Shown: positions 11,585-24,502 of the stretch, one piece after another
How the letters are laid out: every line of letters starts with the position of its first letter
Position numbering within the stretch: the first letter of the stretch is position 1
NCBI RefSeq assembly: GCF_018350175.1
Contig: NC_058368.1
Span: 169,572,001 to 169,636,000 of the forward strand
Origin: Felis catus
Lineage: Eukaryota
DNA: 64,000 nucleotides
Reading direction: 5' to 3'
Program-made: the position numbers and the translations under genes
Notes under the pieces: model-generated
What the model saw: only the letters and a program-made list of their open reading frames with translations
Told to the model about the DNA's origin: nothing
Database searches by the model: none

Positions 11585-12473
11585 GTAAGAAAACAGAGAA
11601 GCACAATTGTGAAACATGTGTACTGGTTCTTGAGTTTTGTTTGTCGTTTTTAATCAATTAGCAAGTGGTTTCTGAAGATATAATCTTTCTAAATTTGCCA
11701 TCATTCTTATTGTGTGTTTTAAAAATATAATACTTCCCTTTGATAATCAAAAATGGTAAATCTTTTAACTCTCTGCATCTACATATTCTTTTTTCCTGTG
11801 TATCTTTTCTATCATAATATGTGTCCCAGCCATGAGTTCATTAATTGGAAACTTTATTTCTAAGATCTAAAAAATGTTATTTTTATTTTATTTTACAAAA
11901 TGGAAATTATATCAAATATGGCTTTCAGTTAGTGGATCACTGACTGCCTCTGACATACACACACACCCCACATATGGCCTGCCTTAAATATGGAAGGTAT
12001 TGCAATAGCAAGTATTACTGGAATTTAACTTTCTTTTAAGAAAAATGTTCATTACTGGTTCTTTTTATTCACAACTCTTTAGCTGGTAGAGTATAAAATC
12101 AGGCGATTGTTTATTGCTTTTAGGACAGTACTGAATAGGGTCTTTATCAACTAAGCAATAGTAAGTGGGCTTCTAATCCTTTTAGGGACTTAACCACGGG
12201 CATTGGCACTGGTCCGTCCCTAGGATTTGGGTGTAGCTATGATTCCCAGATAATCTCAATAAGAGTTGCACATTTATGTTGGTTGATGTTGAATTCACCA
12301 GTTTTAGAATGGAGTACTTTTCTAACCAAAAATGTAATCCTAATAACCAGACCACTAACCATGGTATCAACTGTCTTAGAAAAGGACCTCATAAAAATGC
12401 CACTTTAGGTGTTTCTTTGCTATTAGCTATGCTGAAAAAGCTAGGAAAGGAAAAATTGTTTCCCTGAATCTTT

Positions 12474-12680
12474 TTTTTTTAATGTTTATTTATATTTTTT
12501 GAGAAAGAGAGTGTGAGCGGAGGACAGGCAGAGAGAGAGGAGACACAGAATCTGAAGCAGGCTCCAGGCTCTGAGCTGTCAGCCCAGAGCCTGACGTGGG
12601 GCTCGAACTCAGGAACAGTGAGATCATGACCTGAGCAGAAGAAGTCAGATGCTTAACCAACTGAGCTGCCCAGGCACCCC
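12474..12680 (-). mobile_element. Can-SINE
   Basis: TSD tccctgaatcttt/tccctgagtcttt. Confidence 0.95.
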
Positions 12681-12911
12681 TCCCTGAGTCTTTATACCAG
12701 TAAATAATAAAGCATTTTAAAGCTAATGATAAAATATATGGACACGCGCTGTTTACTTTTTAGGTAATGTGGGGAAGCAAAGGGTACTTTGTTCAGGGAA
12801 TGTTCACTTTGCTACCTGTAAGAAAGTTCATAGTTCTGAAGTAATCTTTTATTGAGTTTTCTCAGCTCTCTAGTAAGTCACAGTCTTTTTGCCCCATCCC
12901 TTTCTACTCTT

Positions 12912-13125
12912 AAAAACAATTTTTTTAATGCTTATTTATTTTTGAGAGAGAGAGAGAGAATGAGCATGAGCAGGGGAGAGGTGGAGAGGGAGACACAGAA
13001 TCTGAAGCAGGCTCCAGGCTCCAACTGTCAGCACAGAGCCTGACACAGGGCTTGAACCCACAAACCATGAGATCATGATCCAAGCTGAAGTCAGAGGCTT
13101 AACCAACTGAGCCACCAGGTGCCCC
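12912..13125 (-). mobile_element. Can-SINE
   Basis: gagacacagaatctgaagcaggctccagg...gccaccaggtgcccc; tctactctt on both flanks. Confidence 0.94.
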
Positions 13126-16100
13126 AAGGGCAACTCTACTCTTGCATAAGCTATTGTTCAACATCTCTGAGAGCTCTAAAATTACACTTTCAGCTATGAC
13201 CAAAGGTGTCATTGTATGGGTGAAAATGGTATCATCACACAGAAGATCTGCTTACCTGCTTTTAGATTTGCTTACAACTGTTGCTTTTAATGGAAAATGT
13301 CTTCCTTGAGTACAACATAGCACCCACTGTGGCACAGACCTGTTTACCAAGTGTGGTTCAGCATTGGTTTTCATCAGTTAATACTTAGGGATAGCTGTGT
13401 CTCAGAGTTAATGCTGAAGCAGCTCACCAGAGAATTCCAACTTCTCAATCAAGTATATTTGCCTAATTGCTTTTGCTTTTCTTTAATTGAGTCAGTCACT
13501 GTCACTGCAGCTTCACAGTTTTTGCAGGTTGTCCGGGGGATCTAGATCTCATCACAGAGGATGGTTTCTGTAAATTAAAGGGCCCTCTTTGGCTACTGAG
13601 ACCATAAGCTTAGTTTGCCATCATATCCCAGTGGTTGATTTGGAAATTAATAGGCTCTGACTTGTCTGTTTACTCATTCCAGCAAACATGTATTTATCAG
13701 ACCCTAAATCCCTTTCTTTTCTCCTCTTCCTTTTTTCCCTCCTGAGTAGTCCAAAATGCCCAGTGGCAGCTGATTCATAGCCCCTTAGCAGAACCAGGAA
13801 CCACCAAGATTTAGCTGATTCCCAGCCCTCCAAGGTGACAGTGCCGGCTGTCTGATTAGTCAGTTAAGAAACAGAAGTTTTTCTCAACTGGGCACTTGGA
13901 ATATTAACATAACAAAAAATAATAAAAAAAAAATAAGAACACAGACCTCAGATTGCCTCTGGATGTGACAGTGGGTGGAATAAACAGGCGGAAGCGTTTA
14001 TATTAGATTTTTGTAGCTTGAGAGCAGAAAGCTTCAGAAGTTTGTGGGAAATGACAGATAAATACGTTAGGTATAATGTGAAGTTAACTTAGAGTGCTTT
14101 TCCAGATGAGTTTTACTGTTCTTGCCTGGATTGAACCTGAAACCAGCGTATGTAACTATTCGAAGTGACATAGCAATCTTTCTTTTTGCTCTCTCAAGCC
14201 CAGAGCATTTATTTTTTTTTTTTTTTCCCAACATGAAAGTACTTGGTGGGAGATGAAGATACCAGCTCACCTGAAAGGCTTTCATCCAAAATATACATCC
14301 TTCTAATGTCCGTATCTCAGCCTCTCTCAACAAATCTCCTTCTTGGAAAAAAAAAATAAGCCTAGGTGTGGAGAGAGCCTTTTTTCAGTGGCCTTCTTGA
14401 CCCACGTCGTCTGTCCTTTGTGTGAAGGGTCGGGTTGTTGGCATCCTGGCTCATTGGGTTTTAATTAAATCACTAATCGAAACCTAAGGAAGAGATGTGA
14501 AGTCTTCAGGGTGTTTGGATCTCAGGAAGTTCAAAGTGCCTGAAAGGGGTCTGGTAATGCCACACCAAAAAAGCAATACTAAGAAATACTTGAAAGTTCT
14601 TTGGTGTTTTGAACTTTGGCCTCACAGCGCCTGGGTGATTGATCAAAATACGTGCAAAGAAAACGTCAGCCAGTTTCCATGCTTTTGTAGATCAGCTTTT
14701 GTTTAATATTTCTTAAAATAACAAAAATACCTACTTTCAAGTTTAACTTATTAATCTGTCTTTGGATATATGCTAATTTTGCCCCCATTAAACTGACCAG
14801 ATGTAGTTTATTTGGATGAGTATTAATGAACAGAGCCTGTTTGTTGTTAGTACCAAACTTATGAGCCAGAAAAAAAAAAATGGGGCTTGGGGGAGAGAAA
14901 CTATTAATATTTTATGATTAGATACTATAATTGTGTTAGGTTACTAAACCATTAATTATGCAGAAGATTTTATTCTCAGCAATAAGTGTAAAGAAACAAA
15001 GAGTTGATATTATGAATTATCTATCTTTATTGAATGTCTGTTTGTATTAAATCCTTCAAATTTGGTTTATTTGAAATATTCTTTTAAAAAACTAAAGTAA
15101 TGCAATCCTGATAAAATATCCTTAAATTCCTCAATCTCTGTTTTAGTTGCACTTTGACCCTTTTCTCCTCAAAGTAACTTTTGGCCCAAATTAAGCTTTA
15201 AGAGAAAACAAAATAAGGAATAAATCAAACAGCACTTCCAAATTATAAAAACCATGTGGTCATTACTGATTTCACAACAAACTGAGTTGGAAGGCATGGG
15301 TTCAACCAACTTTGTTTCTTTTCTTGGTTTTATATTTAAGTTTTAGTTTCTCTATTTGCGTTCTCTCCAGGTTCTGAAAATGGTAGGAGGTACAGTGCAG
15401 CTTAAAGTTCTCTCTTAACATCATTTAAACTATCGAAAAACACGGTGTGTTTCTTTTCATTATTGTTCAGACATTACATTCAAAAAGGTTCAAGAAATAA
15501 TAAATTAGAGGAAATCTTGTGCTCACTAGCGTTAAAAGCTCTACAAGATCAGAGAGATTTGAGAGATTGCTGATGAAACATAATGCTTTGCCTTTTATCA
15601 GGTTAAGTAAGAAATCCATTTGGTAGCACCCATAATTTAATGAAATGCCCTTTTGGAGCCTTTTTTTTTTCCCCCAAAGATTATTTAGTTGGTAGAAAAT
15701 AACATTTTTCTGGAGGAAAATGTGGGAGAAGTGAGGATTAATTTTTCTTGTACTGTAATCATCTTCCATTCAATTGAAACTTTAAGTGTTACTAAATAGA
15801 CTACTTTAGCTTTTTTTGATAATCTTGAACTGGAAGATAGAATGTGATACAAGCAGAAGTCCCTGTATCCCCTCATGTTATATTTGATATTGTGCCATCA
15901 CAATAAGCACATACCTTGCAGTGGCATAATGATCAATAAGTGACATTTGATAGCTGTGGCTTCATTTGTCTTCAGAGCTGTAATTATTAGACTTTGGTGC
16001 CCTAGTTTTCTGACATCAACAGCTACTTTGAAGAATTAGGTTGCTATGGGTTACCAATGTGTCATGTACATTTTCACTAGCGCAACGTTCAGGTTCCAGA

Positions 16101-17284
16101 TCTGTTACAATATATACCTCCAAGCTTTCCCCCCCCAGGGACTATGTTCTCCTAGGCAGGTGTTTGTGAGTGAATGAGTATGTGTATAAACCATGTTTCA
16201 ACCCTTAGGAGAAATATCATAAATGCAATACTCTGGCCTATTTTCCACCAACATATTATAAAAGTACTATATGTAATGGATCTTACTAAAAGAAAGCAAG
16301 TAGCCTGGAGGTAAAATGTAATGAACTGCCATCAAGAAGTATGGAAGAAAAGACTTTCCTTTGGCTGAAATGACTGAATAATTTCCTTGCCTGGGCACAT
16401 TTAACAATCGCAAAGAGGTTGCTTAGTTTTTCTGTTTTGAATATATAGCCGAAATGGAGTCATAACATGACCCTTGACTTTTAGAGAGTCAAAGTGAACT
16501 TCATCTAGTTAAACACATAAGAGAATCACCTTGGGAATTAGAGATCTGAATCTTTACTTGTACCTTTAAGCCAACTAGGGTGACCTTGAGTTTGTCCTTT
16601 AATTTCTCATGCACTCAATTTCTTAAATTATAGAAAGACGACATGGTCAAGTAGGTGTAACTATTAAGGAGTCTTCACAAAACTTGTTATCACATGAAGT
16701 CTCTCTTTTTCATAACTCCCTGCTCCTAAATTCATCTTCTAAGGATGTTTGAATCTGGGCCTCCTATCCCTGGAGTCCTCCTACTTGTAAACAAGGTCTC
16801 AGAGCTTCACTGAAGTTGTTTTTATTTCCATAAAAAGATTCATGAGGATATTAAAATGGTTTGCAATCAATCTCTCATATTTTTTTCCCCAGGACTATGT
16901 TCCATATTTAGTTTGATTTAAGAGTAAAAAGCATTAAGTAAGTTATGGCTAGGCAGACTTAGGTAATTAAAACATTTCTGGAATACCATAATGTGCAATT
17001 GACTGCTAAAGATTTTTTTTCTGTTAATTGGAACTTTTAAAAATTGAAATAAGTAGCTATGTGTCGAATCTGATTATTCCCTACAGGCATGAAAGAGAAG
17101 GTTATTTTAAGGGACTATAAGCACATTCCGGTTACACAAATTCAGAACTCAGAGGTTATCTTGGGGGCTGTTTGACAGCAGCTGCTGTGTTGAAGCCATA
17201 GCTTCTTAGCAGGGAAGCATCATCCCCCACAAATATGTGTTGTACTAAACTCAGATCAAGGGTGTCGCGATGGGAAACATAGGA

Positions 17285-17505
17285 GAGGTGTGATGGTTAT
17301 GAGCTCAGACTCGAGTCAACACACCTGTGTGTCATTTCCAGCTCCCATCCCAGTTCTGCTGCTTACCAGCTGTTTGACCTTGTGCAGGTTTTTACAGTCC
17401 TTGGTTTTGGCATCTTGAAAATGGTAGCAATAATAGAGTCTACCTCATAAGAGTGTTGGAGGATTAACTGAGTTAATATACATAAAGCCTGGCACCTACT
17501 AAGTA
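17285..17505 (+). mobile_element. MIR
   Basis: cttaccagctgtttgaccttg...tacctcataagagtgttggaggattaactgagttaatatacataaagcctggcac. Confidence 0.8.
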
Positions 17506-17742
17506 TTATATCTCCTGAAGAGGATGTGCAGGCCAGATGAGTAAAGGCGTAAGTGTTACAATAGAGAGTAGCCATTGAGGGTTGGGGGTGTTGGGGAAGA
17601 ATTGATAAAGCGAGTTGTTGAGATGCCAGATCTTGGAGAAATGTCACTTAAATAGGCAGAAAGGAGTAAAAGAACATTACAAAGTGTGAGGTGGGGTTGT
17701 ATCAATCAGACACCCTTGTTCCTGTAAGAATTTGAAAATCTT

Positions 17743-17945
17743 GGGGCACCTGGGTGGCTCAGTAGGTTAAGCACCTGACTTTGGCTCAGATCATGATCTC
17801 ATTGTTCGTGGGTTCAAGCCCCACGTCCGGCTCTGTGTTGACAGCTCAGAGCCTGAAGCCTGCTTCAGATTCTGTGTCTCCCTCTCTCTCTGCTCCTCCC
17901 CCATTCATACTCTGTCTCTCAAAAATAAACATTAAGAATTTTTTT
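17743..17945 (+). mobile_element. Can-SINE
   Basis: ggggcacctgggtggctcag head; tttgaaaatct on both flanks. Confidence 0.95.
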
Positions 17946-18125
17946 TTTGAAAATCTCTGTATTACATATATTTAAACTGATATCTAGTTTTTCTTTATAC
18001 ATTTAAAAAATTGCAAAGGATGTTTTTCCTCGAATATAATCAATATTGACATTTAAAAATAAACATATCCGGTGAGTAGCAATTTGATACCAAATCATGC
18101 ATTTTTAAAAAAGCCTGAATAAGAT

Positions 18126-18325
18126 CTTTTTTTTTAAGTTTTTTATTTGAGAGAGAGACAGAGAGAGAGAGCACAAGCAGGGGAAAGGGAAAGAAAGAGA
18201 GAGAGAGAATCTTAAGCAGGTTCTACCCTCAGCACAGAGCCCTGCATGAGGCTTGATTTCATGATGGTGAGATCATGGCCTGAGCTGAAATCAAGACTTA
18301 ACCAACAGAGCCACCCAGGCTCCCC
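18126..18325 (-). mobile_element. Can-SINE (older)
   Basis: Ends gagccacccaggctcccc; tail-to-tail with the previous SINE. Confidence 0.92.
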
Positions 18326-21300
18326 AAGACCATCTTTTAAAGTCAAATTTCACATCCTTATTTTCTCCTTGAACTCATATTTCTATTCTACTTCCTCACA
18401 GAAATTTAGCTTAAAGTAATATTCTTATGCTTGAGTCTTGTTATTGGTTAACCTTTCATTACTCTTATAAAAGAAATATGTATGTATATATGTGTCTATA
18501 TATTTAAATTTAAAATTTCTGTTATCCTAAAAGTATTAAATATGATGTGCATTGAGTTGTAAAAATTATTAATAGTATACAGTTGATCAAAAACAATCTC
18601 TATATATTACCAATTTTGTCATTTATTTCATGAACTTTAATGGAAGCCTTTCAGTGAGATAAATTATACATTTTGTATCCCCATATATTCATGTGTCCAT
18701 TGGTGAATGTTACGTATTGCCAGAATGAGATAGGTTTCAGCATCGGTTTTTTAATAATTTTTATTTTTATAAGTGTAGGGCAAAGGAATGATGTTACTAC
18801 CATAAATAAGCAGGTGGCAATAGAAGGAATCTTATTATAGGAATGCCATTCAGTCCTTTGAACTCTTTATGAGTTAGATTCCATAAATCACAGAGTGGTC
18901 TATGTCAAACATAAGTTTCAGTTGATTATTTTTAATGATCTGCCTGGCAACTTGATTAGATACCCCTTCAATTTTGTTGAAAGCAAACAATTGAAAGTCA
19001 TATGTTTTGGAAAAATATTTGTTACTCAGCCATTGAAGTTCATCCAGACACCAGTATTTCACGTTGTCTCTGTCCAGTGCCCACTGGAGTTAGGGTGAAT
19101 GAGAGCTATGCTATTGCTTCTTTTTTGGTAAGTTGGGAGAAGGGATGGTGAAAATGTAGTTTTAAAGACAAAAACAAAAACAAGGAAGAACCTCTTGCCT
19201 CAACGGCAAGATCAGCTTGAGAAATGAGAGTGTACAGAATCTAGGCTTCCTGACTAATGGAGCCTTGGAAAGGAGCAAGTCGAGGAGAACAGGAAGTAGG
19301 CAAGTTCAGAGTGGCTGTCAGTGTGGAGGATATTCAGACGGATCATTGTGATTATTCCAGCATTCTTCCCTCACTTGTCCTAGACCAGGCCAAGTGTGGA
19401 TCATGGGGAACGGAATAGGAAAGCTTCAGTGTTGTGAGCTGTTTTATTCATCTCCTATGGAAGGGCTTTAGTGAGAGCTTGCCTGTTTGGGATTTTAAAA
19501 AATGTTACTGATGTAGATGTTGTGTTCCCTCCAAGACAGAGCTTCAAAAAAAAAAAAAAAAAATATGTCATTTCTTAAAATCAGTGTGTGTTAGGGAAAA
19601 AAAAAAAAGCTTCCAGTTTTATTGTGTATTCTTTCTGTCATTAGGTCTTCAAGTATATTGTAGTTAATTGGTGTCATTTTTAACCAAAATTTGCAATCCA
19701 TGGAATCAAAATGCTATATACCTTTCCTGTTATACATTTACTTTTGTGTCATTGTGAGAATTTCTGCAATGAAAAGCATAAAATATGTAGACTAGTGCCA
19801 AGCGCATAATAAGTTGATCAATAAGTAGTAGTAGTAGTTATTTATGTAGTGCTTTAGAAATAAAACAAAGTAGTGCATCACCATTTTCTTAAATTCAAGA
19901 CTTGGAATGGAATTTACTCAAATTTATATTCATGAAAGCAGATGTTAAAATTTTCACTTGTGGAGAAATAATCAATGTGAACATTTACAGACCTGGAAAT
20001 CAGCAAGTACCTCAGAGGATAAATTAGATCTCACAATGGCTGGTAAGTTGAATAAGTCAACATGGAGAAAAAGGTCATCCAGTTGTGGGAGTTATTACCA
20101 TTTTTATTCTTGGTACTTTCAAATGTGAGTACGGTTTTTAAAAATGATAATATTTACTTTTTAGAAAACAGCATCTCCATATTGACCTACTGAATTTATC
20201 ATTGTTGCAAGACTTGCCATTAAAGTTTATGTTTTGAACTAAGCAGTGTGTGTTAATAACCATGAGTGTCAGCTCCTGGTTAAGTTGGATAAGTTCACAA
20301 AAACAATGTCACAAAAGTAAATACATAATGGGAAAGGTATTTTTATATTTTTGATGATTTAAATATAGCAAAAAAGGTACTAAATAATCCCAAAATTGGA
20401 GGGGAAATACGCCCTGGTTTTTCATGGCAGCTTTTTTTGTTAGCTGTCATTATTGTTACCATTGCCCTACTTCGGCTATGAAGTGACAACTCAGTCACCC
20501 CCTCTGCTCAGACACGGATTCAAGAAAAAGGAATGAGGGCAGCAATTTGATAACAAGGTTGCATTTGTGCCCAAGAACCTATATTTTAAGGATACTCACT
20601 GAAGACCTTCTTTGAAACTTAGATCCATTTTTTGAGGATTTACTTTGTATGATTTCATATCTATGTCAAATTCAGTTAAATACCTCTCCTGGGTTCTCAT
20701 CTTTACTTTTCATTTTCTTAGATGGGTGTGGGTCATTATTATTCCATCTTGTTGTAAGGACTTGTCCTAATCACACATTCAGCATCACTAAGAAGATACC
20801 GACTTCTTGCCAAGTGTGAGACAGGTTCTGTTTTGCCCTTTCTCCCAGGCTGCTCCTTTCTACTCCTATAACCCCTGGAGTATGGTGAGTGATGTCCGAT
20901 TTCTAAGGTATACGCCTTGGAAAGGTACACTTTCCATTTCAAAACTGCTAGAATAAGGTGATTGGGTTGGTGGAGAGGATTGGACCAACTCTGACGTTTT
21001 GCAGGTCAACGTTAATTTCACCTGTCCAGATAGGTTTTGTACTGATCTGTTGGTGAAGAGAGGAAACTGTGTGAGACAATTAGGCCTAGAATTCTCCAAA
21101 GGCCATCAGCTGCTGGTGCCATGGCCCCAGGCTCACCATCTGCATTTCTCAGTCACTTACCCCCTCCACTCCTCACCCCCGCGACATTTCCTTCTACCTC
21201 TTTCACCCACAAAGGATGTGTCAGAGGTGCCTTTCAGTGTTTCTATCCACACAGGAAGGAGTACCCTTCTCAGTTTTGTTAAGACTGGTGCTTAGCAACA

Positions 21301-21400
21301 AAATCAAAAGGTGATGCCTTCCTACTTTGACCCCTTGCCTAGTCAGTTTCATCTTTTTCCCTCCCTTCTTAGAAAATAATCATCTTTTAAAAATGCTTAA

Positions 21401-21637
21401 GGGGCACCTGGGTGACTTAGTCGGTTAAGCGTCTGATTTTGGCTCGGGTCATGATCTCATAGTTCATGAGTTCAAGCCCCAAGTCTTGCTCTGTGCTGGC
21501 TTGGAGCCTGCAACCTGCTTTGGATTCTGTATCTCCCTCTTTCTCTGCCCCTCCTCTGCTTCTCCTCTATCTCTATTATTTTGTATTATTTTTATTTTAT
21601 ATGTGTCTCTCAAAAATAAATAAACATTTAAAACAAA
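21401..21637 (+). mobile_element. Can-SINE with an AT-rich insert in the CT region
   Basis: TSD taaaaatgcttaa on both sides. Confidence 0.94.
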
Positions 21638-23065
21638 TAAAAATGCTTAAAATTCTATGTATACAAGTAATGTATACGCGTACTCTTTTCACAAAAATTT
21701 CACACATTATAGTGTATCAGGTGAAATATTTCTGGAATCTTGTGTGGCCCGTATCCTCTACTCAAGAGAGGTAATCCAGATACCTGTGCATGCGCACACG
21801 CTCTCTGTCTCTCTCTCATATGCATGCATACAAGCACACACACATACATTTGCCCATCTGTAGAAAGATAATACTGTGTCTGTTCTTAGCATGAAGTTCA
21901 TCGCAGTGTACAAGTGCAGCATTCACTTTCTGCATCAGATCTTTCTATACTGGGGCAGAGAGCCACCTCATTGTTTCCGTTTGCTACAGAGCATTCCCTA
22001 ACATGATTGTTCCGGTTTTGTTGTTTATTTGCCTGTTGATGAACATACAGTGTATTTTCCGAGGATTTTGCCATTGGCAGCAGTGCACAGTGAATGCACT
22101 TGGGCTTGTCGTTGGTGTTATCTTAGGTAGATAAGTGAGATCATAGTGTCTTTAATTCATATGTGTTACTTTATTGGCCTCTAAAGTGACTATGACATTT
22201 AACAAAAGATTTTAGATGGTTTTGAAGAAGTTTTATATTCTGGCAAGCCTGTCACCCTATTTTCATTATTTTTTATTTTATTGGTATTAATTATTCTGTT
22301 ACTAATTTATTTTACTCAGGTGGCACTTGCAGGATATCAGATCCCAGGTCAGTACCCTCTCCCCTTCTTAAAAAATAATCTGGAGGTCTCCTTTCTACTT
22401 AGAGTCAGAGCAAAGCTGCTCTAATCTGGTCCCAAAGCAACTTCAACTTTGTCCAGTGGTGAGTTTGCCAGTGAGACATGGTGGCTGAGAGGCTTAGTGC
22501 CGCTTCTGTCCACCTTGTGATTGGGAGCAAGGAATTTCCAAGTAGGCTTAGGGTCAGGATTGAATGAGTTGTCACATGCAAAGTATATGGTACATAGTAA
22601 GCATTCGGTCATTGTTGGCTGGTTCTTGCACATGGCTGTTATCCTTCACTCAGCAACACTTACTGTGTACCTGGGAGCATAAAGATAAAGAAGACATAGT
22701 CTCTGTGCTTCAGGAGTTTACATTGTAACATGCATGGGTTTGCTCAAAATTAAAGTACTTATTCCCTTATCTTTCTGGCTAAACTCTGTCCATGGCATAG
22801 TTTGCTTTCCTCTTATGTCAGCTGATTTCTACATGATGAGGGACTGCCTATCACATCTTAACAAATTCTATTTAATGGTGATTCTGCATCTACTACATTC
22901 CCAAGATGTCGTTAACACCTGGAATGCAAAGATGGTGTGTAAAACAATCTGTAAGAAGGTCACAGGCACTAGGGAGGGGAAAAAAGGAAAAAAAACTTCA
23001 GGGTCCTGAAAGACTCTCTTGGCTTCTCTACTACAGCTTTCCGCCCATGGACTTGCTCTATTCTT

Positions 23066-23271
23066 TTTGTTTGTTTATTGTTTTTGAGAGAGAGAAAGAG
23101 CGTGTATGTGCACATAAGTGTGGGAAGGGGCAAAGAGTGAGGGAGACAGAGGATCCAAAGTGGGCTCTGCGCTGACAGCAGTGAGTCTGACGCTGGGCTC
23201 GAACTCAAACCATGAGATCATGACCTGAGCCTAAGCAGGATGCTTAACAAACTGAGCCAACCAGGTGCCCC
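23066..23271 (-). mobile_element. Can-SINE
   Basis: 15-bp TSD acttgctctattctt at 23051-23065 and 23273-23287. Confidence 0.95.
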
Positions 23272-24400
23272 AACTTGCTCTATTCTTACCTGGCATTACC
23301 TGTGTTAAGAAAGATAAACAGTCTCCATTCTCTCTTTCCAGGGGGCAGAGTGTAAGGTGTTAGCAGCAAGGAGGTACTTCCTTCTTTTTGTCAAAACCTG
23401 GGAATGGCATCCCCCAGCCCCACCCCTTTGGACTACCCTTGTTAAATAGGGGCTGTTTTCATTCCCAGGATTGAAGAAAACCCAGAGGGGCTTAGAAATT
23501 CCTGGCCATTCATGCGCAGGTGGAACCACTTTGGTAAAAGTACCTTTTGCTGCCACATACTGCAAAGATTGTGCAGACCACTGAAACCACTGGGTTTATA
23601 CCTGTGCCTTCCAGAGAGTTCTCCCCTCAATCCCGTGAGCTTCTTTGGGAATTGCACACCTTAGGGAGCTCTCGACACAGGATAGGATAAGTTATCTCTC
23701 TCACACAGATTCTTCTTTAAAAAGTAATACATTCTCATTGGTAACTCAGGGATACCTCCTTGCTTTTATTACCATTACAAAATTTATTTGGTTTATTCAT
23801 AATAAGTATATTAAGTTTGATCTTATTCTGTCCTGGTGCAGAATTTAAATTAATGTCTTGCTGAAGTGTGAATGGACATCGAGGCTCCTTTTAAAGGATC
23901 TTTAAGCAGTTGTTGCCACAACAGGATCTGAGCATAATACTGAGCTTGAGAAAGATGATTTTCTCAACAGAAATAATTTATTATTGCTAGAGGTAATATG
24001 AAATTATTAATTTTTTTTCTTGAAGCATGTTTTTTGTATATGTTTTCCAGAGATAAATGACTTGAAATTAATGACACTCTTCTTTGTTAAGATTTTCTTT
24101 CATTTCATGTAGTCTGTTGACCCCTGAGAGAATATCAGTCTACAGAGGAGAAAGCATAACGCAATGCTGAAAACCCTACGAGTGCTTCCAGTAGATTAGA
24201 GTTTACTTGTCCTTTGGTGTTCTCCCCAATGCCGCATGGGGGACTTCATCCCTAGTGTTGCATTGTGTGTTTTGGCCATCTTTGGTTCATTTGTAGAAGC
24301 TTATCTGTTAAAATTCCATGTACATTTCACTGGTTTTGAAAAATGTTCTTTAATGTAAACCTACTAAAAGGAAAGTTTGCTTAGAAAGTAATACATTTCC

Positions 24401-24502
24401 GGGGCATCTGGGTGGCTCAGTCAGTTAGGCATCTGACTCTTGATTTCGGCTCATATCATGACCTCACAATTCATGGATTGAGCCCCACTTGGGCTTAAGA
24501 AT
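24401..24502 (+). mobile_element. Short Can-SINE (tRNA head only) with TSD
   Basis: TSD aaagtaatacatttcc/aaagtaatgcatttcc at 24385-24400 and 24503-24518. Confidence 0.92.

Noticed and set aside
12740..14700. Scattered forkhead (TGTTTAC) and AP-1 (TGAGTCA) motifs suggesting an intronic enhancer
   Set aside because: Short motifs at a density I cannot distinguish from chance without chromatin or conservation data
19981..20048. Possible 52-nt exon ending in CTG|gtaagt
   Set aside because: The acceptor has almost no pyrimidine tract, consistent with a chance donor motif
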